From contig NW_021824802.1 in the NCBI RefSeq assembly GCF_006345805.1, positions 1 through 17,291 of the forward strand: a DNA stretch of 17,291 bases. The letters are read 5' to 3'. The DNA comes from Octopus sinensis. Its lineage: Eukaryota. Shown piece by piece: positions 1-9,416 of this stretch. The notes beneath the pieces are model-generated. The model searched no databases, was not told the DNA's origin, and worked only from the letters and a program-made list of their open reading frames with translations. The number at the start of each line of letters is the position of its first letter. Positions within the stretch are counted from its first letter, which is position 1. The translations under genes were made by a program, and so were the position numbers.

Positions 1-60
1 GAACCTGCGATCCCTCGACCGCGCGTCCGCTGCTCTAACCACTAGGCCATGTGCCTCCAC
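1..60 (-). mobile_element. tRNA-derived SINE head (family C), cut by window edge
   Basis: Minus strand reads GTGGAGGCACATGGCCTAGTGGTTAGAGC...GCAGGTTC, with an A-box-like TGGCCTAGTGG (39-49) and the start of a B box. It closely matches the heads at 15990-16052 and 11400-11465. Confidence 0.8.
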
Positions 61-775
61 GTGGCGTCATGTACGTGTGTATATTCTCCTCTATTTTTGA
101 TTATTAGAATTTTCTTCTGTAAGGAAGGAACTGATTTCTAGCAAAGCCACAAAACTTCATCGTTGGAATGTAGATAAAAAAACTTGCAAAAGAATAAATA
201 AATAAATAAATAAATAGATAACATAGAAACATGCATATTTTTACGGTTCCGGTTACAGTCTGTATTTGCAATGTGTGTGATAGCGGGTTTATTTCTTTTT
301 TAGAAAACCCGAGCTTATTCAGATTGTCACCTAGGTATTTACTACCAAAACCAAGTGCACTAATTATCATTGGTATAAATGTAGATTAATAATATGGATA
401 TAGAAGCTGAGGTTTCACAGCTGTTGTCCTCTTTCTCTATGATTTTCGAAGAGGTATTCACAGTAGCGGGGCCGCTGCCCTCTGTAACGATACATGCTTT
501 GCTGCCCTAAACAACTATATCTCGCCTGTTACTTTTTTACTTGGTAGACGTTTTGCTGGGAATGGCCCACCAATATTCTTCGTGTTGATGTTTAAGTATA
601 TATTTAACAACACTAGGGTTCTCTATATTCATCCTAGGACAGTCATGTTCTTTTCTTCGATGGCACTTCGTATTGTTTTGTCGACATCATGATGCATTGG
701 GAACGGGTACTTTACTGACATCTTAGGGTAACTGCTGATCACGTGTGTGATGTTTTCTACATGTATGTTTCTGCA

Positions 776-1194
776 CGTATGTATGTATGTATGTATGTAT
801 GTATGTATGTATGTATGTATGTATGTATGTATGTATGTATGTATATGTGTGTGTGTGTATGTATGTGTCTATGTGTGTGCATGTGTGTGTATACATGTAT
901 GTATGTGTATATGTATATGTCTGTGTGTGTGTATGTATGTGTGTGCATGCATGTATGTGTGTGTATATGTATATGTCTATGTGTGTGTGTATGTATGTGT
1001 GTGCATGCATGTATGTGTATGTATGTATGTGCGTATGTATGCATGTGTGTGTATGTGTGTATGTATGTGTGCATGTATGTTCTGTATGTATGTGTACGTA
1101 TGTATGTGTGTGCATGCATGTGTGTGTATGTATGTATGTATGTATGTATGTTTGTATGTATGCATGTATGTATGTATGTATGTATGCATGTATG

Positions 1195-1241
<47 letters not shown>

Positions 1242-1243
1242 TT
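776..1243. repeat. (TATG)n/(TG)n compound microsatellite
   Basis: Directly visible; explains the overlapping MYVC/HTYI ORFs. Confidence 0.97.
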
Positions 1244-1276
1244 GCCATTTATGTAAGTTTCTTTTTCCTTTTACAG

Positions 1277-1339
1277 AATTCTAGCTGGTCTCTAACAAAG
1301 TGGCAAGACTCTTTTGTTCAAGTCGAAGCAGCTCTTGGG
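1277..1339 (+). other. Candidate small exon or exon relic in a unique island between microsatellites
   Basis: Preceded by TTTCTTTTTCCTTTTACAG (AG at 1275-1276) and followed by GTTTGT (1340). The 63 nt are open in one frame (NSSWSLTKWQDSFVQVEAALG); another frame reads ILAGL*QSGKTLLF. Confidence 0.25.
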
Positions 1340-1359
1340 GTTTGTGGTTATCGGAATTG

Positions 1360-1486
1360 GTGTGTACATATGCGTGCGTGGGTGTTGTGTATATATATGT
1401 GTGTACGCGTGTTGTGGGTGTGCTCGTTACGTCTAGTGTGTACGTGCCTGTGTGTGTATTCCACATCTACATGTGACTACATGTAT

Positions 1487-1518
<32 letters not shown>

Positions 1519-1972
1519 TGTATGTATGTGTGTGTATGTATGTGTATGTATGTATGTGTGTGTGTGTGTATGTATGTATGTCTGTGTGTGTGTATGTGTA
1601 TGTATGTATGTATGTATATATGTATATGGTATGTGTATGTAAGTTTATATGTATGTGTGTATGTGTGTGTGGTTGTGTGTGGATGTATGTGAGAAACCTG
1701 TGTATGTGTAGTGTTTGTTGTGTGTGTGTGTGTATGTATGTATGTATATATGTATGCATGTATGTATGTATGTGTATGTACGTGTTTGTATGTATGCATG
1801 TATGTATCTCTGTATGTTTGTGTGTGTGTATATATATATATGTGTGTGTATATAGATATGTGTGTGTGTATGTGTATGTGAGAAACCTGTGTACGTGTAG
1901 TGCGTATGTGTGTGTTGTGTGTGTGTGTGTGTGTGTTTATGCCCGCGCGCGCGCGCGCGCGTGTGTGTGTGT
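1360..1972. repeat. (TATG)n/(TG)n/(CG)n compound microsatellite
   Basis: Directly visible. Confidence 0.95.
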
Positions 1973-2074
1973 ATTCAAATTACGAGAAAGAGTGAGAATA
2001 TGAAAATATAAAAGGAAGGCAAAGGAATGACAAAGGAGAACAGAAAATATGTTATGTGAATGAGGGGAGTAGTA

Positions 2075-2120
<46 letters not shown>

Positions 2121-2291
2121 AAGAGAGAGAGAGAAAGAAAGGGCGAGAGAGAGAGAGAGAGTAAAAGATAGTGTGATACAAACTTGTGTGTGTGTGTTTG
2201 TATGAGTGTGTGTATGTGTGTGCATGTGCTAGCGTCGAGAGAAATGTATGAGTAAAAAATGAAATTGCGAGTACGTGCGTATGTGTGTTTA

Positions 2292-2329
<38 letters not shown>

Positions 2330-2755
2330 AGAAAGAAAGAGATCATGGAATGCAAAGGAAGAATGTGTGTGTGTGTGTGTGTGATTGATGTCAGGAATGA
2401 CTGCGTCTTTATGTGACGAAAAGCCAAGTTAAAATAAATGTGTGTAAAATTCTTTGTGTATATATGTGTACGTGTGTTCATGTGTGTGTGTGTGTGGGCA
2501 TGTGAAGTGTGTGTTCTTTGGGTAGTTTATATGGGCGCGTGTGTGTATGTGTATGTGTGTGTGTGTGTGTGTGTGTGTAAATATGTGTGTTATCAGTGTG
2601 ATGTAGTTGTGTGTGGGTATATGTGTGTTGGCGTTGTGATTGTACATGTGTTTGTACATGTGTGCGTGTGTGTGTATGTATATGTGTAGCGACTTGATAT
2701 GTGGGGGTGAGTATAGATATGTGTTGTCAGCACTATTATACGAATGTGTTTGTTT

Positions 2756-2814
<59 letters not shown>

Positions 2815-2923
2815 TGTGTGGTTGAAAATTGTGTGGTTGAAAATTGTGTCAGCCAGAGCGAGAAAAATATGAATGAAAGAGAGAGTATCGAAAAATGATT
2901 GAAAAACGTGGGTGAACAAACGG

Positions 2924-2959
<36 letters not shown>

Positions 2960-2960
2960 A
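2075..2960. repeat. (GA)n and (GT)n microsatellite mosaic
   Basis: Directly visible, with short unique spacers. Confidence 0.9.
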
Positions 2961-3210
2961 TTTGCATGTGATGTGTCAGTGTTTATACGGCTGTGTAGGT
3001 AGGTGTGTGTAAATGTATGTGTGATAAAATTATGTCGGGTAAGAGCGAGAGAAAATGAATGAAACGCAAATAAATAATACAGAACAAAAAAAAAAGATAG
3101 GTAGATGGGTAGATAAGTGGGTGGATGGATGGGGGAGAGCGAAAGAGAGAGATAGAATGATAGGTAAATGTTGGAATAGAGTGTGAAGAGAAATATCACA
3201 AAGTTAGGCG

Positions 3211-3282
<72 letters not shown>
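3211..3282. repeat. (TATC)n microsatellite
   Basis: Perfect tetranucleotide run. Confidence 0.97.
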
Positions 3283-3319
3283 ATCATGTGCGGTGAGTTG
3301 TTTATATATATATATATAT

Positions 3320-3443
3320 TTTGATCGAAAACCAAACCCCCTTTTTTTTACCCCCAAAAGAAAAGAAAAGCTCTACCTTGTAATTTGTCCTGTCTGTGTG
3401 CAGCCCTGTGTGGCTAATAAAGAAACATATCTATCTATCTATC
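3320..3443 (+). mobile_element. SINE-like 3' end with AATAAA and (TATC)n tail, copy 1
   Basis: TTTGATCGAAAACCAAACCC...GCAGCCCTGTGTGGCTAATAAAGAAACATATCTATC is repeated almost identically at 3863-3975. Confidence 0.6.
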
Positions 3444-3862
3444 TTTCTTTCCTCTTCAAGTGATATTTGAAGAGGAAAGTGAGAGTAGAGAGGCAAGTTT
3501 TGTCTAGTGAATGTTTAAAAAAAAGATGGGTGAATGTAGCAAGGATGGCACGTATGAATGACGAAGCCACCTTGACTATGATCCTATGAACCGTAAAAAT
3601 TAATACAAAGATTTGCTTATTTGTAATAAAAAGAAAGAAATATAACATGTGACTTCATTGACCGAGATTACCGTAGTCTTTTCCGTAGGCTTTTCTTTCC
3701 ACGAGTAAACCTCACCTGTCCTCCCCTTTACACTTCATATTGACATTTCTGTGATAACGATCCCTATTGATCAATTTTTTTCCTTTCCCTTTTTTCCTTT
3801 CCTTTTTTTTTTAAATGTCATCCCCCCCTTTTTTTGTCCTCATTCTTTCCTTTTACGATCCC

Positions 3863-3964
3863 TTTGATCGAAAACCAAACCCTCTTTTTTTACCCCCAAA
3901 AGAAAAGATCTACCTTGTAATTTATCCTGTCCGTGTGCAGCCCTGTGTGGCTAATAAAGAAACA

Positions 3965-3975
<11 letters not shown>
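3863..3975 (+). mobile_element. SINE-like 3' end with AATAAA and (TATC)n tail, copy 2
   Basis: Direct repeat of 3320-3443, followed by a long (TATC)/(TGTC) array. Confidence 0.6.
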
Positions 3976-4049
<74 letters not shown>

Positions 4050-4054
4050 GTCTA

Positions 4055-4091
<37 letters not shown>

Positions 4092-4164
4092 ATCATTTAT
4101 CTATCTGTCTGTCTGTCTACCTGTCTGTCTATCTATCTATCTGTCTATCTGTCTATATATTTGT

Positions 4165-4200
<36 letters not shown>

Positions 4201-4274
4201 ATGTCTGTCTGTCTGTGTTTCTTTCTACATCTACATCTACATCTATGTGGTGTGTATGTAAACACACACCACAC

Positions 4275-4308
<34 letters not shown>

Positions 4309-4389
4309 ATATATATATATATATACATTCATATACACACACATACATGCAAACACACGCACACCATTCACACACACATATATATGCAT

Positions 4390-4422
<33 letters not shown>

Positions 4423-4426
4423 CACC

Positions 4427-4476
<50 letters not shown>

Positions 4477-4500
4477 ATACACACACACACATACACACAT
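3965..4500. repeat. (TATC)n/(TGTC)n/(TA)n/(CA)n compound microsatellite
   Basis: Directly visible. Confidence 0.95.
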
Positions 4501-4559
4501 AAGCTCCTGGGTAAGAGTATTTAAACTTGCACCTCTCTGCGAAGCCATGTCGAGCCAGT

Positions 4560-4784
4560 GTGGTAGAGGGTAGAGTAGGCTCATCAAAGCAGTATGATCT
4601 GAAGCTCAAATTCACAGCCTCCACATCAGACTGTAGTTGGTGGAGAGAACTTCTCTTTATTCTTGCACTCCATGACAGAAGAGTTTATGACCGGCTCACC
4701 ATGGCAACTCTTATATACAGCGATGATATAGTTATCATAATTGAAACTATCGAGAATTTTTATCGGAAAACTTACAGTACTTAG
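4560..4784 (+). pseudogene. Degenerate non-LTR retrotransposon (RTE/CR1/L2-type) reverse transcriptase fragment
   Basis: The ORF contains LLFILAL...LIYSDDIVII, matching the LINE RT pattern (SP)LLFxxxL...LLYADDxVL. The YSDD codons are at 4716-4727; the QGS motif is decayed. Confidence 0.55.
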
Positions 4785-4786
4785 TG

Positions 4787-4800
4787 CAGTGGTTCTCGAC
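4787..4800 (+). mobile_element. Solo hAT/Charlie-like terminal inverted repeat (CAGTGGTTCTCGAC)
   Basis: Resembles the Charlie-type CAGTGGTTCTCAA end and truncates the RT relic. No partner end with a matching TSD was found. Confidence 0.35.
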
Positions 4801-5018
4801 AGAGTCCATAATGGCTCCTGAAGGTCCGTATAAGATTTTCGGGGGTCCACTCAGTAAAGTAATAAACTGGGGACCCACAATAAGTACTCTAAGGGCTCCT
4901 GGAAAAGATTTGCTCTAGATGTGTATGTATTGGTATATATTGCGAGAAACGGCTAGTTTCTTTATCTGACGTTTTGCATAATTCATCATACACAAGTTAA
5001 CCGGGTAAAAACAAAATA

Positions 5019-5444
5019 GGGATCTTTTCGGTTTGACCGGCAGTTTTTTTTAAATAATTTCCACGTAACTAAACACTTTTAAACTTCGTATACTGGTAGA
5101 ATGTGTTTATAAAACATCTTTTTTCTCTTGGCTTTATTGAGAAAATTCTATAGTTTGTAAGATATTTGTTGTTTTTTTTCTTCAATTTCTGCAATTTCAA
5201 CCAATCAATGACCGTCTATTGAGGTGAAAACATTCTGTGTCGTATGAATATGTCCCCCGTCTAAGAAACAGATTACATTTTTGGAGAAAAAAGATACCGT
5301 TCCCCCCACCCTAACACTAACCCTAACTAACCCCAACCCTAAAACAGATTGAAATGCAATAGATCGATACTAGGGTCATAATTATGGGTGACAATTTCAT
5401 ATGACACCGCGAGAAAAAACTGCTGTTCAAACCGAAAAGATCCC
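5019..5444. mobile_element. MITE with 31-bp TIRs and internal degenerate telomeric repeats
   Basis: GGGATCTTTTCGGTTTGACCGGCAGTTTTTT (5019-5049) matches its reverse complement at 5414-5444 at 29/31. Flanking direct repeat is AAAATA (6 bp), or CAAAATAG (8 bp) if the TIR starts at GGATC. (TAACCC)-like tract at 5308-5342. Confidence 0.88.
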
Positions 5445-5691
5445 AAAATAGGAATTTTGAAAGAAGATTCTATAAAGCTAGTTTTTTGGACATGCAGTGA
5501 ACCGAACATAGGCAATCCAATAGACATTACCTTCGAAACGCGGATGAGACGAAACAGGGACAACTGAAGAAGGGGAATATTCCTTGTGTTGTATGTCTTG
5601 TACTCTGTTTTTTCGTTGTTTGAAAAAAAGTTCGTTTCCATGTTTTTGTTTTTATGTTTTCGTTTCTCATTGTCTTGAATGTTTTTTTTTA

Positions 5692-5767
5692 TGTCCTGTA
5701 CCCATATATGCATGTATATATACATTTAGATGTAGGTATGTACATATATGTATGTATATATGCATAT
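5692..5767 (+). repeat. Dispersed 76-bp repeat, also at 15698-15773
   Basis: 74/76 identical to 15698-15773 despite looking like microsatellite sequence. Confidence 0.85.
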
Positions 5768-5807
5768 ATTTATATATTATTTATATTATTATATACAGAC
5801 GAGTGTA

Positions 5808-5849
<42 letters not shown>

Positions 5850-6037
5850 TGTGTGTCTATTTATGGCGAGGGGGGAAGGAGTGAAGGAGGGAAAGAGAGA
5901 TACGCTCACACATGGATGTTTGTGTGAATGTCCTCATTGAATGAATAGAATGCATATTGAAAAGAAGGAAGTGGAAATAGGATAGGGCCCAGCCACTGAA
6001 GGTGGGTAAGCTGCATGCTCGATAGGGCCAGTAAGAA

Positions 6038-7271
6038 CATTAGCAGTCCGTCGGTTGCGACGACGAGGGTACCAGTTGGTCCGTTCAGCGGAATAATAGC
6101 CTGCTCGTGCAATTAACGTGGAAGTAGCTCAGGGGGATCCAGCGTGACACAGAAAGTGACAGCCTGCTCATGCAATTAACGTGGAAGTAGCTCAGGGGAT
6201 TCCAGTGTGACACAGAAAGTGACGACAGCCTGCTCGTGCAATTAACGTGGAAGTGGCTCAGGGGGTTCCAGTGTGACACAGAAAGTGACGACAGCCTGCT
6301 CGTGCAATTAACGTGGATGTAGCTCAGGGGGATCCAGCGTGACACAGAAAGTGACAGCCTGCTCGTGCAATTAACGTTGAAGTAACTCAGGGGGATCCAG
6401 TGTGACACAGAAAGTGACGACAGCCTGCTCGTGCAATTAACGTGGAAGTAGCTCAGGGGGATCCAGTGTGACACAGAAAGTGACAGCCTGCTCGTGCAAT
6501 TAACGTGGAAGTAACTCAGGGGGATCCAGTGTGACACAGAAAGTGACGACAGCCTGCTCGTGCAATTAACGTGGAAGTAACTCAGGGGGATCCAGCGTGA
6601 CACAGAAAATGACAGCGTGCTCGTGCAATTAACGTTGAAGTAACTCAGGGGGATCCAATGTGACACAGAAAGTGACGACAGCCTGCTCGTGCAATTAACG
6701 TGGAAGTAACTCAGGGGGATCCAGTGTGACACAGAAAGTGACGACAGCCTGCTCGTGCAATTAACGTGGAAGTAACTCAGGGGGATCCAGCGTGACACAA
6801 AAAGTGACGACAGCCTGCTCGTGCAATTAACGTGGAAGTAACTCAGGGGGATCCAGCGTGACACAGAAAGTGACGACAGCCTGCTCGTGCAATTAACGTG
6901 GAAGTAGCTCAGGGGGTTCCAGTGTGACACAGAAAGTGACGACAGCCTGCTCGTGCAATTAACGTGGAAGTAACTCGGGGGATCCAGTGTGACACAGAAA
7001 ATGACAGCGCGTGCTCGTGCAATTAACGTGGAAGTAACTCGGGGGATCCAGGGTGACACAAAAAGTGACGACAGCCTGCTCGTGCAATTAACGTGGAAGT
7101 AGCTCAGGGGGATCCAGTGTGACACAGAAAGTGACAATGCTAACCCTTTGAAATTACAGGCCTTATTCAATGATATCAGCTGAGTGGATTGGAGCAACGT
7201 GAAATAAAGTGTCTTGCTCAAGGACACAACGTCTCGCCAGGAATCGAAATCACGCAAGGCCACGCGCTCAC
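6038..7271 (-). mobile_element. Family C SINE containing an expanded minisatellite, flanked by an 11-bp TSD
   Basis: GCCAGTAAGAA lies at 6027-6037 and 7272-7282. 7177-7250 matches the family C CORE-like/B-box segment at 11331-11410. The tRNA head is internally deleted. Confidence 0.8.
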
Positions 7272-7356
7272 GCCAGTAAGAATATGGAAATAGGAAATTT
7301 AGCGTGACTATCAGAGTCGGTAAGATAATAAAAATATTTAGAGTGATAAGGCTCAT
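6085..7356 (-). CDS. Hypothetical 423-aa repeat ORF, (L/S)SLSVSHWIPLSYFHVNCTSR repeated about 16 times; coding status unproven
   Basis: ATG at 7356 in unique flank and TGA at 6085. It is open mainly because the unit length is a multiple of 3 with one stop-free frame. No recognisable homolog. Confidence 0.15.
   Translation of the reverse strand: MSLITLNIFIILPTLIVTLNFLFPYSYWRERVALRDFDSWRDVVSLSKTLYFTLLQSTQLISLNKACNFKGLALSLSVSHWIPLSYFHVNCTSRLSSLFVSPWIPRVTSTLIARARAVIFCVTLDPPSYFHVNCTSRLSSLSVSHWNPLSYFHVNCTSRLSSLSVSRWIPLSYFHVNCTSRLSSLFVSRWIPLSYFHVNCTSRLSSLSVSHWIPLSYFHVNCTSRLSSLSVSHWIPLSYFNVNCTSTLSFSVSRWIPLSYFHVNCTSRLSSLSVSHWIPLSYFHVNCTSRLSLSVSHWIPLSYFHVNCTSRLSSLSVSHWIPLSYFNVNCTSRLSLSVSRWIPLSYIHVNCTSRLSSLSVSHWNPLSHFHVNCTSRLSSLSVSHWNPLSYFHVNCMSRLSLSVSRWIPLSYFHVNCTSRLLFR
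6098..7135. repeat. Minisatellite, 16 units of 63/66 bp
   Basis: Unit starts at 6098, 6161, 6227, 6293, 6356, 6422, 6485, 6551, 6614, 6680, 6746, 6812, 6878, 6944, 7006 and 7073. Consensus AGCCTGCTCGTGCAATTAACGTGGAAGTAACTCAGGGGGATCCAGTGTGACACAGAAAGTGAC(GAC). Confidence 0.98.
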
Positions 7357-7864
7357 GTTATTTACTCGCTTCGTCGACCAGGTGGTGCATGAGGTTCAAT
7401 GACCGACACAGCAATATCATTATCGTCTGCTGCAATGATAAAGGAAGAGCTACGTAGAAAGAGGCAACTAGAAGCATCAAACTGACGAACCAGATTTGAA
7501 AGTGTGATGGCAAATTTGATTAAGAAGAGAATTAACTTGGAAGGAAGTTTATACTTAGACTGTTCTCGTAGGAGAAGCGCATAGCTAGGAGTTAACTGTT
7601 CTCTCTGCTTGTCTTTTGTCGAATTGGATAAGGCTCCTTTTTTTCTTTGTTTTGTTTTGTTTTTGTTTTGATGGGAGTTTCGCGCTCTGTATGCTAAATG
7701 GCGATGGCTGAGAAGACACGGCGTAGAGGAGGGGAAAAGAGTTCATCAGAATTGTGCCAGCCGTTTTTTTCACAGATAACCGTCAACAAAAAAATGAGAA
7801 TTTAGTAATGAATTCAGTGCGGAATTTAAGTGTGCAGATTGGTGTCACGTCATGACTCGGATCT

Positions 7865-8052
7865 CATCGTCATCGTCATCACCACCGCGCCGCCGCCTCC
7901 GCCACCGCCGCCTCCGCCACCGCCGCCTCCGCCACCGCCGCCGCCACCGCGCCGCCACCGCCACCGCCGCCGCCACCGCCACCGCCGCCGCCACCGCCAC
8001 CGCCGCCGCCACCGCCGCCGCCACCGCCATCATCATCATCATCAACAACAAC
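7865..8052. repeat. GC-rich compound triplet repeat (CAT)n-(CCG/CCA/CCT)n-(CAT)n-(CAA)n
   Basis: Directly visible; explains the poly-P/G/A/R ORFs. Confidence 0.95.
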
Positions 8053-9036
8053 AGCCCAACTGTCTCGATTCCAAGGACACATTAATGCCGGTTGCCAAGT
8101 TCCCATAGCTTGTAAATGATTGAGATCACACCAGTTCACCCCCTACTCACGGAGTAAACCTAGTAAAAAAGAAAAAAAAATTAATTTAGTTGCAAAGAAG
8201 GCAGGATTGCAGTGCCATCAAGAAAATGACCATACTTGATACGCAGAAAAAAACTTGGTATAAATTCTATACAATGAGCCAAGTGTAAGCCTTGAAACTA
8301 CAACAGGTGACTAACAAGAAAAGTGGAGTTCGTATGTGATCGACACACAGGAGTAGTTATTAATTATTAGTCATCAATCATCAGATAAAAGAGTAATTAT
8401 GAAATAGACTCCTTCAGTTTCCTAGAAGGTCTCCTAGAAATTGTTGTTAGCTTTTTGTTACCTAGGTGACATAATTAGGTATGGAGATGAGGGGGAAAAA
8501 AGTTAAGGAAGATGTAATTTTTACTGGCGACAAAGGATTTCTTTCCCAGGGTAACAGGCAAGAATGTACGACGCTTCTGTACGAAGTTCGAATTTGCATG
8601 GTAAGCGTAAATGTGGGCTGTGTCATGAATGCTGAGAATTTATGAAGGTTGCAATGGAATAAGGTGAAGCAAAGTCCGCTGCAGGTGAGGGGAAAGACAG
8701 ATGAGTTCCTCTCCAATATTTTGTAAATTCTTAAATAGCTCTCCTTCTGTGTATATATGTACTATCAAACTAACATGATTTTTATTGAACTCATAATACT
8801 TTTTGTTGAATACTTTCTTAAATACTTTCTTGTAAACTATTTTCAACATTTTCTTATTATTATCAAAGAATGTACAACTGTATTTTAATACTTTTCTGAT
8901 AACCAGTACTTAACACAACAAAGCTTATACAAAGCTTTACATTTTACTTTTGACAATCTTTTTCTAAAAAAGTGAAACCGGTCAAGTCAAGAAACATCTT
9001 TAAAATTGCATTTTCAAACTTTCTTTCATATATATA

Positions 9037-9406
9037 GGCGTAGGAGTGGTTGTGTGGTACGTAGCTTGCTTACCAACCACATAGTTCCGGGTTCAGTCCA
9101 ACTGCGTGGCACCTTGGGCAAGTGTCTTCTACTATAGCCTCGGGTGACTGGATTTGGTAGACGGAAACTGAAAATAAGCCCGTCGTATATATGTATATGT
9201 TTGTGTGTCTGTGTTTGTCCCTCCACCAACATCGCTTGACAACCGATGCTGGTGTGTTTGCGTCACCGTAACTTAGCGGTTCGGCAAAAGGGACCGTTAG
9301 AATAAGTACTAGGCTTACAAAGAATAAGTCCTTGGGTCAATTTGCTCGACTAAAGGCGGTGCTCCAGCATGGCCACAGTCAAATGACTGAAACAAGTAAA
9401 AGAGTA
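9037..9406 (+). mobile_element. Family A tRNA/CORE-like SINE, near full length
   Basis: Head GGCGTAGGAGTGGTTGTGTGG, B-box-like GGTTCAGTCC, CORE-like CCTTGGGCAAGTG, internal microsatellite, and tail ...AAATGACTGAAACAAGTAAAAGAGTA. Several copies in the window. Confidence 0.9.
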
Positions 9407-9416
9407 TATATATATT

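Noticed and set aside
380-725. Possible LINE endonuclease relic on the minus strand (VLLNIYLN)
   Set aside because: One short motif among several stops is not enough evidence.
723-4624. Many long overlapping ORFs (MYVC/HTYI/LSIY repeats)
   Set aside because: They are translations of stop-free microsatellites, open in several frames on both strands.
5530-5585. Intact hammerhead ribozyme
   Set aside because: The core words are present, but there is no GUH cleavage triplet between them and no canonical stem II/III pairing.
6098-7135. CRISPR-like regular array
   Set aside because: There are no unique spacers, units are contiguous near-identical copies, and the context is eukaryotic with no cas genes.
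7830-8139. Poly-Pro/His/Ala/Gly ORFs resembling a transcription-factor low-complexity region
   Set aside because: Explained by the triplet repeat; no adjoining domain or splice evidence.
8440-8700. Possible exons near GTAAGC (8601) and GTGAGG (8685) donors
   Set aside because: No open frame from the nearest acceptor and no recognisable peptide.
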